A model generated the notes under the pieces. The model did not search any database. It was not told the origin of the DNA and saw only the letters and a list, made by a program, of their open reading frames with translations. From an uncultured Planctomycetaceae bacterium (GTDB lineage Bacteria; Planctomycetota; Planctomycetia; Planctomycetales; Planctomycetaceae): a stretch of DNA of 64,000 nt. Where the stretch lies: assembly GCA_963976765.1 (NCBI GenBank), contig CAXBME010000025.1:1-64000 (forward strand). Direction: 5' to 3'. Below are positions 50,099 through 59,183 of this stretch, piece after piece (position 1 is the first letter of the stretch; every line of letters starts with the position of its first letter). Made by a program: the position numbers and the translations under genes.

Positions 50099-50173
50099 AA
50101 GAGTGCACCTTTGCTGTGTGAAATCCTGACCACCGATCGGCTCAATTAATTCCGGCCCCCCCGGCTCGTGCTG

Positions 50174-50548
50174 TCAGCAGGCGTGATTAGCGATGATTTT
50201 CATCATGTCGGAAACGTCGCCGCTGCGGCGGAGTTCGAGCTTGATCGGGTCGAGATGGTCGGACAGGTAGAGTGTAACGTCGGCGTCGATGTCGAAGTGC
50301 CCGACGGTTTCAATCGTGAATTTCACGATGCTGCGGTAGGGGATCGAGACATACTCGATTCTCTTGCCGGTAATGCCCTGCTTGTCGACAAGGATGATAC
50401 GGCGGTTGGTCAGCACGGTCAGGTCGCGAACCAGTTGATAGGCCAGTTCGACGGTCTCGTTCGATACGAGCAGCTTTTCAAGCTCTGCCTCGACACGTTT
50501 CTCATCGACCTCGGACGAAAGCCCAAGCATCCCGGTAAAGAGTCCCAT
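50174..50548 (-). CDS. Bacterial PH-domain protein (bPH_1-like)
   Basis: RDLTVLTNRRIILVDKQGITGKR.EY.SIPY..I..F.IET.G.FD.D pattern. Confidence 0.88.
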   Translation of the reverse strand: MGLFTGMLGLSSEVDEKRVEAELEKLLVSNETVELAYQLVRDLTVLTNRRIILVDKQGITGKRIEYVSIPYRSIVKFTIETVGHFDIDADVTLYLSDHLDPIKLELRRSGDVSDMMKIIANHAC

Positions 50549-50643
50549 CGTTCCGCCTTTCGTCTGAATCTGACGCTGGCTTGTGACGTTGCCAGCATCG
50601 CTTCATCCGAAATCATAGACGAAACAGCAGTGCCGGAGCAGCC

Positions 50644-50733
50644 GTAAGGTGCGTCTAGAAACGCAGGGCGTAATCCCGACGCACCATCAGACAACTCACT
50701 CTCGCCTGGCTGGTGCGTCAAGATGCACCCTGC
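50644..50733. repeat. Cluster of REP-like palindromes (GGTGCGTC family)
   Basis: GTAA-GGTGCGTC ... GACGCACC and GGTGCGTC-AA-GATGCACC-CTGC. Confidence 0.6.
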
Positions 50734-50741
50734 GAAAAAGT

Positions 50742-52460
50742 CTACGCCAGGCGATCGGTGGCGACGTGGTACTGGGGGTCTTCGGAAACGTTGATCTCGA
50801 CCAGGTCGCCAGCCTTATTGAGCAGGACTCGGCATTCCTTGCTGAGATGCGTCAGGTGCAGACGCTTGCCGTTGGCTTCGTATTTTTCAGCCAGCCAGTT
50901 GATGGCTTCGAGTCCCGACTGGTCGTAAACACGGCTGTAGTAGAAATCGATGACCACATCTTCCGGGTCACCATTCACGTCAAACATGTCTTTGAACGAG
51001 GTCACCGATGCAAAAAACAGCGGACCATGTAACTGGTAAATCTTGCTGCCGAATTCGTTGAACTTGACGTCCGCTCCGATGTGAGTCGCATGCTGCCAGG
51101 CGAAAACCAGCGCTGAAACGATGACGCCGAGAATCACCGCCGACGCGAGATCGTGCATCACAACCGTGTAGCCAGCAACCAGAACCATGACGAACATGTC
51201 ACTGCGAGGCATCCTTCTGAACATGCTGAGCGATGCCCACTCAAACGTTCCGATCACGACCATAAACATCACGCCGACGAGTGCGGCCATCGGAATCTGC
51301 TCGATCAACGGCGCGAGAAACAGGACAAACAGCAACAGGCAAACCGCCGCCGTGATACCCGACAAACGGCCCCGACCACCCGAGTTCACGTTAATCAACG
51401 ACTGCCCGATCATCGCACAACCGCCCATGCCACCGAACATTCCACAGACGAGATTCGCAACACCCTGCCCGATACATTCGCGATTGCCCTTACCGCGAGT
51501 TTCAGTAATTTCATCGATCAAAGTCAGCGTCATCAGAGATTCGATCAGCCCGACTCCGCAAAGCACGATCGCGAACGGAAAAATGATGACCAGCGTGTTC
51601 CAGTTAAGCGGCACCATTTCGTACTGCATGAAGAAGAGTTGCGGCAGACCACCGCTGATACTGCCCGCGTCCGCTGACGACTCGGCGCCCCTGGTTTCGG
51701 CAATGTCGGTTCCGGCAATGTCGGTTCCGGCAGAAACCAACTCCGTCGTGGATGCTGTAGCCTGAGTCGTCGCCTTTGATGCGGCAATCTCGGCCGCGCG
51801 AGTATTCGTTCGCAGCATATCGCCAACGGTCGCCAGCACGTTGCCACCATCGGGTGATTCAACTGATCGATTGATCGCCACCGACGCCAAAGTCACGACC
51901 AGAATGGCGGCCAGCGATGCCGGGATGGCTCGTGTCATTTTGGGCAGCAACCAGATGATCGCCATCGTTGCAGCGACCAGGCCGAGCATCAGAAACAGCG
52001 GTTGACCTGCCAGGTAAACGAGTTCTCCACCAGTGGACAATGTTTTGAAACTGCCCAGCTGCGCCAGTCCGATCACAATCGCCAGCCCGTTGACAAATCC
52101 CAGCATGACTGGATGAGGCACCATGCGGATCAGCTTTCCAAGCCGCCCCAGGCCCACGGCAATCTGCAGAAGGCCGCACAGAATCACCGTTGGAAAGAGA
52201 TACTCCACTCCGTGCTGAGCGACCAGAGCCACGACCACAACGGCCATCGCACCGGTTGCTCCCGAAATCATCCCCGGTCGACCACCCAGCACCGCCGAGA
52301 ACAGACCGATAAAGAAAGCCGAGTACAGTCCGATCAGCGGAGAAACCCCGGCTACAAAAGCAAACGCGATCGCCTCAGGAACCAACGCCAAAGCAACGGT
52401 CAGTCCAGACAGCACGTCGTCTTTGACGGACCCTGATCGCGGAGTGAAGAAGTTGAGCAT
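50742..52460 (-). CDS. SulP/SLC26 family inorganic anion transporter with STAS domain
   Basis: [52 protein letters not shown]...D.SGLEA. Confidence 0.93.
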   Translation of the reverse strand: MLNFFTPRSGSVKDDVLSGLTVALALVPEAIAFAFVAGVSPLIGLYSAFFIGLFSAVLGGRPGMISGATGAMAVVVVALVAQHGVEYLFPTVILCGLLQIAVGLGRLGKLIRMVPHPVMLGFVNGLAIVIGLAQLGSFKTLSTGGELVYLAGQPLFLMLGLVAATMAIIWLLPKMTRAIPASLAAILVVTLASVAINRSVESPDGGNVLATVGDMLRTNTRAAEIAASKATTQATASTTELVSAGTDIAGTDIAETRGAESSADAGSISGGLPQLFFMQYEMVPLNWNTLVIIFPFAIVLCGVGLIESLMTLTLIDEITETRGKGNRECIGQGVANLVCGMFGGMGGCAMIGQSLINVNSGGRGRLSGITAAVCLLLFVLFLAPLIEQIPMAALVGVMFMVVIGTFEWASLSMFRRMPRSDMFVMVLVAGYTVVMHDLASAVILGVIVSALVFAWQHATHIGADVKFNEFGSKIYQLHGPLFFASVTSFKDMFDVNGDPEDVVIDFYYSRVYDQSGLEAINWLAEKYEANGKRLHLTHLSKECRVLLNKAGDLVEINVSEDPQYHVATDRLA

Positions 52461-52818
52461 GAAGTATCCAGAACGGGAAGCCCGTCAAAACAGGCGGCGG
52501 CAATCAACAACGAAATGGCCGAACGGTCAGCCCGGATCGCCGAGGAAAGCAGGAGATCGACACGCTGTTCAACAGGCTCGCCATTCAGGGAGCACTGGTC
52601 AGCGGGATCGGAGGGGAGACTTGTCAAACAGCCTCAGAAGTGCGGACTATAACCCGTCGCATTGTTCGGTCAACGAAGGCTGGATCGCCCGGTAATCTTT
52701 GATGCAAGTATCAATCCATTTGCTCCGATGTAACGATTGCCCGGCACGATTAAAACTCAGGGAAACTCCAGGTTCAGCGAGTCGAGAAAGTCACGTCGGA
52801 CTAGCGAGGCTGAGTGTG

Positions 52819-55800
52819 TCAAGGCTTGCTTCGCCAGACACGAACATCGCCAGCGAGACCGCCCGAGGCCAACGTTTTTCCGTCCGGCGAAACAGTAATT
52901 GAAAAAATCTGCCGACCGTGGCCACGCAGTGTGGTGAGCCGTTCACCGGATCTGGTATCCCAGAGTTGAAGTCGCCGATCTCGACCTCCGGATGCCAGAG
53001 TCGTTCCATTCGGGAAAACGCAGATTGCGTTAATGCGGCTTGTGTGAGCCTTGATCTTCGTCCGAAGCGAACGTGACTTAACGTCCCAAAGCTGCAACTC
53101 ACCAGTCGATGTTCCGATAACAACAACGCTGCCGCCCTCAGCATAGGCGAGCGAAAGCGGAACAACTCCCGTTGAAATCTGCCATGACAGCTTCTCGCCG
53201 TTTCTGCCATCGAAAAACTGAATCGAGCCATCGGAACACGCAACCGCCACGACGTCACCGACCGGAGAAAATGCCAATGCATTGATGCCGTTGCCCTCGC
53301 CGGATTTCGTCAACATCGGGTTTGCCCAATCACCCACTGAATGAAAATCGGAAGTCGCAAAAAACGAAAGCGTCCCGTTGCGGTCACCGATCGCCAGGTA
53401 ACGATCGTCGGGCGAAAACTGCATTGCCGTGATGGCACCTTTGGCCAACGAATCAAAGCGTGCAAGCTGACCGCCGGTCGCAGAATTGATAATCGTCACA
53501 CGAGAATTATTGCCGGCAGCAGCAACCAGCACTCCCGCATGTTGCGAGGTATAGACGCGCAAATGACTCTCACGATTTTCGATCGGAACCTTCGACGCTC
53601 TGTCGTCGATATTCCAGCCAGAAATCGCTCCATGACTATCAGCCGTCAAAAGCCGGCTTCCGTTCTCCATAAAAGCAACATGGCGAACGTCGGCGTCGTG
53701 CCAGAGAACTGCGGGCTTCAGTAACGCCTCAACATCAAGCAGTTTGACACTGCCGTCTCCGCTGCCAACACACAAAGTTTTTCCATCCGCAGACACATCA
53801 ACAACACCGTGAGTCAGAGTGTGCGTTGCCAGGTGGCGGATTTCGCGTCCGGTCCGGACGTCGACGAGGAGAAGCTGCCCGGACGTCCCGACCGCTGAAA
53901 GCACTTGATTATTGACGAATTCCAGATCACCGATTTGCCCCATCCCGGTGCTGAATTCGAACTTGAGCAGCCCATCGCTCAGTGCCCAGAGGCGAATCGC
54001 ACCGGAGTAACTGCCGGTCGCGACGTTCGTACTGTCAGGCGACCAGGCAATCGCTTCAACGCCGGGGTTTGTCCGGAACTGATGCTGTACAGCCAGGCTG
54101 GCAACTTCCGTTACGCGCACGCGACCGTCTTCTTTGGCGACGGCAACGTATTGCCCATCTGGCGAAATATTCACGTCACGATTTGCGCCTTCTCCGGTCG
54201 GCATTTCGGCAATCAGTTCGTTAGTTTCGAGATTCCAGATCCGTACCGCTCCTTTCACGGAAGCAGACAGCAGCAGGACTCCATCACCCGAGAACTCAAC
54301 ATGACTGACGGGCGGGCCGTGTTTGAATTCCTGCGCTGGCAGGTCGCTCGTACTCGGAGTCCAGACTCTGACTGTTCCGTCCGTCGAACCTGACGCCAAC
54401 AGTTTCGTTGTCGGCGAGAATCTGATGGTTGCGAATCGTCCCGCATCAATTTCAAGTGTCTTCCACAGTGTTCGCGATTCAGCGGTAAAGATGCTGAGGC
54501 CACGCTCCGTTCCGAGCGACGCAACAAGCCTGCCGTCACTGGCGATCGCCAAATCGTCCACCGGCGACCCCTGATTCCAGTGTGAGATGAACTGCGACCG
54601 AATCTGCGAATGATAGTACCACTCAAATTTCCGTAAGTCGGGACGGCGATCCGTCGGCAGGAATCGGTCGAGTGCCTGCTCAAGCCCCGTCACATCACCT
54701 CGTGAGACAAACTCAGCGGCCAGATTCATCTGCGACCTGTACAGAGCCCGCCGATTCTGCTCGGCAACGTGCTCAGCCCGCAACCAGAATATCGACACGC
54801 CAAATAAGCCAATGGTCAGACTGAGAAAGAGTCCTGCGAGCAATCCGGCAACAACAGGTCTGCGCCGACACCATCGCCAAAGACGTTCCGGTGAAGAGAT
54901 AGCTCGCGCATGAATCGGCTCTCCCGCCGCAAATCGCTGCAACTCAGCCGCGACGTCACTTGCCGACTGGTATCGCTTGCCCGGTTCACGTTCCAGGCAC
55001 TTCAGGCAGATTGTTTCAAGGTCTTTGTGCAGGGTCAGTTCGAGCGCCCTCGGCGAGGGTGCTTCCTCGAACATTTTCTGATGAAGGACCGCGCGAACGT
55101 TTCCTCGAAAGGGCAGACTTGCCGTCAGCATCTGAAACAGAATCACGCCGAGGGCATAGACATCAGAACGGTGATCTGTTTCGTTGGTCTTACCGGCAGC
55201 CTGTTCCGGCGACATGTACCGAGCCGTGCCCAGAACCTGCCCTTCTGATGAGATCGTCTGGTCGGCGGAGATGCGTTTCGCCAGCCCGAAGTCGGCAATG
55301 CAAGGCTTGCCTTCCTTGTCGATCAGAATGTTCGCCGGCTTGACGTCTCGATGAATGATCCCATTGTCATGAGCATGCTGCAGCGCCGTGGCGATGGTCG
55401 AAACAACCTCGACCGTTCGATCAACCTTCGGTTTTCCGGCAGACAGAATGTCTCCAAGAGTCATCCCCTCGATGTACTCTGTTGCGATGAAAACCTGATC
55501 GCCGTCTCGACCGACTTCGTAGACCGAAACAATGTTGGGATGATGAAGCGTCGCGGCGGTTCGAGCTTCATGCAGAGACGATTCAGTATCGTCTCTGCAA
55601 GCGATCGGCAGCTTCAGAGCGACCTGACGTTCCAGTTGGTTGTCCAGGGCGAGCCATACGACTCCAAACCCGCCAACACCGAGCATCCGAATCAGCGAGA
55701 AGTGAGCGATCTTCTTTACCTGATCCCGCTTCGGCTGCACAAACGAAAGCGTCGCATCAGGACCACCAGCTAAAGGAACCTGCCCACAATTGGGACACTC

Positions 55801-55899
55801 GATGCTGTCGATGGTCAGTTCAAGTTCGTGACCGCCGCCCGTGCTGACATCTCGATTCATCGGGATCGGGTGTCGGCAGCTCGGACAAGAGAGGTCCAT
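52819..55899 (-). CDS. Hanks-type Ser/Thr protein kinase with N-terminal Zn-ribbon, TM segment and WD40 repeats (likely start ATG 55899)
   Basis: CPSC/CPNC; GVGGFG, VALK, HRDVKPAN, DFG, GTARYMSPEQ; many FSP.G..LAS...DG.VR.W repeats. Confidence 0.92.
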   Translation of the reverse strand: MDLSCPSCRHPIPMNRDVSTGGGHELELTIDSIECPNCGQVPLAGGPDATLSFVQPKRDQVKKIAHFSLIRMLGVGGFGVVWLALDNQLERQVALKLPIACRDDTESSLHEARTAATLHHPNIVSVYEVGRDGDQVFIATEYIEGMTLGDILSAGKPKVDRTVEVVSTIATALQHAHDNGIIHRDVKPANILIDKEGKPCIADFGLAKRISADQTISSEGQVLGTARYMSPEQAAGKTNETDHRSDVYALGVILFQMLTASLPFRGNVRAVLHQKMFEEAPSPRALELTLHKDLETICLKCLEREPGKRYQSASDVAAELQRFAAGEPIHARAISSPERLWRWCRRRPVVAGLLAGLFLSLTIGLFGVSIFWLRAEHVAEQNRRALYRSQMNLAAEFVSRGDVTGLEQALDRFLPTDRRPDLRKFEWYYHSQIRSQFISHWNQGSPVDDLAIASDGRLVASLGTERGLSIFTAESRTLWKTLEIDAGRFATIRFSPTTKLLASGSTDGTVRVWTPSTSDLPAQEFKHGPPVSHVEFSGDGVLLLSASVKGAVRIWNLETNELIAEMPTGEGANRDVNISPDGQYVAVAKEDGRVRVTEVASLAVQHQFRTNPGVEAIAWSPDSTNVATGSYSGAIRLWALSDGLLKFEFSTGMGQIGDLEFVNNQVLSAVGTSGQLLLVDVRTGREIRHLATHTLTHGVVDVSADGKTLCVGSGDGSVKLLDVEALLKPAVLWHDADVRHVAFMENGSRLLTADSHGAISGWNIDDRASKVPIENRESHLRVYTSQHAGVLVAAAGNNSRVTIINSATGGQLARFDSLAKGAITAMQFSPDDRYLAIGDRNGTLSFFATSDFHSVGDWANPMLTKSGEGNGINALAFSPVGDVVAVACSDGSIQFFDGRNGEKLSWQISTGVVPLSLAYAEGGSVVVIGTSTGELQLWDVKSRSLRTKIKAHTSRINAICVFPNGTTLASGGRDRRLQLWDTRSGERLTTLRGHGRQIFSITVSPDGKTLASGGLAGDVRVWRSKP

Positions 55900-56119
55900 A
55901 AGTACCCCGATAATCATGAATCGATTGCGACGCGGACGTTTCCGCGTTGACCGAAGCAATTCTGTGGCGACCGATGCATCGCCGCAACCTTTAACAGGTT
56001 GCCGAACACTCGACAGCCCACCATGTACAATGCGACGTACCGTATCAACGCTCGATTCCGCGTTGCGTCAAGACACACCCGACGTTACTTCGTTCAGCGC
56101 TGAGACGCGACGATTACGC

Positions 56120-56692
56120 CTACCAGGGGGCGTCCATCATGTCGACGATGCGGCGGGCGGTTTGTTTGATGCTGTCCTGGGTGGCGGTGGCCAGAGAGTG
56201 GCCGACTTCGGGGGCGAAGTCGCTCTGAGTGAACAGCGAAACCGTGTTGGCATCCAGCAGAACGTCCTGCTGAGAGATAACCCGACCGTTGCGGAGGTCT
56301 TCCCATTTGACTCGAACAGTCATCCCGAGTTGCAGTTCGCGCGGGTCGTCGAAGCGGTTTTCGCCGAGCACTGTTTTGCCGACGTCAACGATCGTGCCTG
56401 TCAGCCTCGTCTGAGCTTCCGAACCATGCACAATCCGCATGGCCGTCCGCTTCTGGATCTCCTTCTGTACAGCTTCGGTCAGCGGGTATTCCAGATGTCG
56501 ACGGAAGGTCTCGTTGCGGAAGATAGGGACGGCGATCGTGCAGAGCTGCGGATCATGGGCGGGGCCGATCATATAACCGCATCCCGACGCCGCCAGGCTG
56601 ATCAGCCCGCAGACGGCGGCAACAGCGGCGCGACTGGAGGTTGACAGACGTCGTGCCGGAAGCGTTCCTTTTCGATCAAGGGTTTCCGGCAT
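56120..56692 (-). CDS. lptE: LPS-assembly lipoprotein LptE-like
   Basis: Lipobox ASG-CGY, TIAVPIFRNET, LTEAVQKEI, LTGTI; directly downstream of the bamD-like gene. Confidence 0.75.
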   Translation of the reverse strand: MPETLDRKGTLPARRLSTSSRAAVAAVCGLISLAASGCGYMIGPAHDPQLCTIAVPIFRNETFRRHLEYPLTEAVQKEIQKRTAMRIVHGSEAQTRLTGTIVDVGKTVLGENRFDDPRELQLGMTVRVKWEDLRNGRVISQQDVLLDANTVSLFTQSDFAPEVGHSLATATQDSIKQTARRIVDMMDAPW

Positions 56693-56743
56693 GAACGTTT
56701 TCTCCGTCAGCTCACGGCGCTGCCTGCGTCGCGTTTTTCGTCA

Positions 56744-58243
56744 CTAAAGCCGAACTCGGCCAGCACGGTTGCCCGGTGATGGAGTGGGTTCGTCGTCAAA
56801 GATTGGTTGTCGGTTTTTAAAGACCTGATCGCCCTGCTGGTCAGGCAGGCGGTCCTTGATTTCGGGGACTCGCTGAAATGGCTGAGCTGCCTCGGGCGGA
56901 ACTTCCGTGATTGGTCTCAACGGAATCGACGACGGAGCTGATTGATCGCCGCCGCCGCTGACGGTCACGCCAAGTTCGGCCAGCTTGGCTCGGGCTTTCG
57001 GAGCGTACGACGAATTCGGGTATTTCTGCACAATCTCCTTGCAGGAAATGTAAACCGCTTTTGGTTTACGTCTCTTTTCGTAGAGGACGACAAGTTCCCA
57101 TTCACGTTTGGCCTCGGCTTCGTGAATCATCTTCAGCTCGGTGCGAACTCGATCTCCCTCAGGAAGATCGGGAAACAGTCGCAGCGACTGTTCTTTGAGC
57201 TGTTTGGAGTCGACCAGGAGCTGTTCGTCGTAGGCAGCCCCCTGGTAGGACATCAGCTTGACGTGTGAACCCAGGACGAACGCGTTCTGCAAATGGGGGC
57301 TCTTGGGGAACTGTTCGCGAAGAATCGTGAACAGTCGATCGGCCTCCCGGTAATTTTCATTTCGCAAATGGTACGTCGCGGCCAGCATAAGCGAGTCATC
57401 AGCCAGCGGACCGGACGGATCGTTCAACCAGATTGTCTTGAGCGCCTTCAGAGCGTGTCCGCCTTTGTCGAAGACCGGACGGCTGCGGTCGGTGAAGTTG
57501 GGCATCAGACTGAATCGACTGTCCGCTTTTTGAGAGGACAAAGGAGCATTGTCGGCCCCGTCTTCGGCGTTGACCTGTCGGATTTCGTCAGTCGTGGCGA
57601 AGCTGTCGACGCCCAGCCATTGCTTTGAGATTTCAAACAGGCGCTGAGTCGACTCATCCATATACCTCGTCGAGGGATAATCCTTGACCAGCAACTGGTA
57701 ATTGGAAGTCGCGTCGGCCAGCGAATTCTGCTGAAACTGGCATTCGGCAAGGTAGAATACGGCTTCTTCGCGGATTGGGTCGTAGCTGGGACGGTCTTTG
57801 CCCCCATCGCCAAAGAGGCTGAACTTTGAACGATCGCGTTTCCGGGCGATCTTCGAGAATCCGCGAGCAGCAATTTCGTACTGGCCTTCATCAAACTGTC
57901 GCTGAGCCAGCTTCAGTGCGACATGATCCTGCTCATCCTTCGGCGAGATGTCGCGCGAAGCCGTGCGTTTCATCGCCTGTCGCTGCAACGGGCCAATGAC
58001 ATCGTCCACGTTGCGGGGAGAATCGTCATCTCGATCTCGAAGAGTCGACTCGCTGGCTCCGGCGTCGCGTCCAGTGAGACTTGCGAACCAGCTTCCAGGC
58101 GACGGTGGCGTCCACATGGACTGGCAACCGGTCAGAACCAGAACAGGGATCGTCAGCACAATCACATTGGCGAAGCGACGAACAATGTTGTCGATTCGTG
58201 ACTGCGGCACGTGCCTGGGTTGATGATTAGGAGTGGGGATCAT
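56744..58243 (-). CDS. bamD: BamD-like TPR lipoprotein
   Basis: Lipobox LTG-C; TPR units ending DYPST, QFPKS, KYPNS; YQGAAYD motif. Confidence 0.7.
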   Translation of the reverse strand: MIPTPNHQPRHVPQSRIDNIVRRFANVIVLTIPVLVLTGCQSMWTPPSPGSWFASLTGRDAGASESTLRDRDDDSPRNVDDVIGPLQRQAMKRTASRDISPKDEQDHVALKLAQRQFDEGQYEIAARGFSKIARKRDRSKFSLFGDGGKDRPSYDPIREEAVFYLAECQFQQNSLADATSNYQLLVKDYPSTRYMDESTQRLFEISKQWLGVDSFATTDEIRQVNAEDGADNAPLSSQKADSRFSLMPNFTDRSRPVFDKGGHALKALKTIWLNDPSGPLADDSLMLAATYHLRNENYREADRLFTILREQFPKSPHLQNAFVLGSHVKLMSYQGAAYDEQLLVDSKQLKEQSLRLFPDLPEGDRVRTELKMIHEAEAKREWELVVLYEKRRKPKAVYISCKEIVQKYPNSSYAPKARAKLAELGVTVSGGGDQSAPSSIPLRPITEVPPEAAQPFQRVPEIKDRLPDQQGDQVFKNRQPIFDDEPTPSPGNRAGRVRL

Positions 58244-58336
58244 CCGTGAACCCGCTTGTTGAATTGAGTGAGAGATGGGAAGGGAGGATGTCGCTGTGGC
58301 TCGGAGGGCTGAGCCGAAGTGATGGGAAGGGGCGTC

Positions 58337-59083
58337 TCAGAACTGAAGGTATCGGAGACTGGTGGGGCGACGTCCCAGAATGCTGGAGATGGTTGCGGTC
58401 AGTGTGAAACGCATTTCACGAAGTTGTAGTGGCGAAGCGTTAATTCGAGAGGTCAAAGATTCAGGACCGCCTGCAAGATGCCTGATCAAGGCGATAGTGC
58501 CGGCCTGAATCACCTGGTCATTGAAGTCGGTGCTGGGGCATCGAGGGCAAAGAAGGCCGCCCTGAGAGACCCGAAAAGTTTGAGTTTCGTGGAAGTTGAT
58601 CGAATCGCTGCAGTGAACGCACTCGTCAAAAGAAGGAAGCTGGCCGATTTCGTGAAGAGTGACCAGCTCAAATTTGAGTAATGAAAGGTGGACGTCTTTG
58701 CCTTCAGCAAACTGCTGTAAAGCCCAGACAGCCGAGTCGAACAGACTCTCGTGAGGGTCGTATTCCTCGGTCAATCCGGCGAGTAATTCAGCGACGTAAC
58801 ACCCTGCGTAGAAACTGTTAATGTTGTCTGACGGCGCTCGAAATCGATCGACCAGACTGGCTTCTGTGAGGATGTCCAAAGCTGAACTGGACTTGCGCAG
58901 AAACACTATTCGACACGTCGAAAGAAGGTCAAGAGCAGAGTCGAACGGGCCTTTCAGCCGCTTGCCACCCTTGGCGATGGCGGATGTCTTTCCAAACTCG
59001 CGCGTGAAGAAAGTAACGACCCGGCTGGTGTTGCTGAAGTCAGCGAGCCGGATCACGATCGCGTCTGCTTTTTCGGATTCCAC
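58337..59083 (-). CDS. recO: DNA repair protein RecO
   Basis: OB-fold start (AIVIR..DF..TSRVVTFFTREFGK...AKG.KR) and Zn finger CVHC...CPRC. Confidence 0.92.
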   Translation of the reverse strand: MESEKADAIVIRLADFSNTSRVVTFFTREFGKTSAIAKGGKRLKGPFDSALDLLSTCRIVFLRKSSSALDILTEASLVDRFRAPSDNINSFYAGCYVAELLAGLTEEYDPHESLFDSAVWALQQFAEGKDVHLSLLKFELVTLHEIGQLPSFDECVHCSDSINFHETQTFRVSQGGLLCPRCPSTDFNDQVIQAGTIALIRHLAGGPESLTSRINASPLQLREMRFTLTATISSILGRRPTSLRYLQF

Positions 59084-59183
59084 GCGTCGACTCCGTTCGA
59101 CCGATCTGAAAGTGCTTTGGGTGCTGAGTCTCTGTCGACTTTGCGGAGAGCACGAAAGCTGACAGCGACCTGTCCGGTCGAGA

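Noticed and set aside
51698..51732. 15-bp in-frame duplication (GTDIA x2) in the SulP gene
   Set aside because: It is real but falls in a low-complexity loop; ordinary slippage with no sign of function.
52461..52818. Riboswitch upstream of the SulP gene
   Set aside because: No recognisable SAM, fluoride or other aptamer consensus by eye; an Rfam scan would be needed to exclude one.
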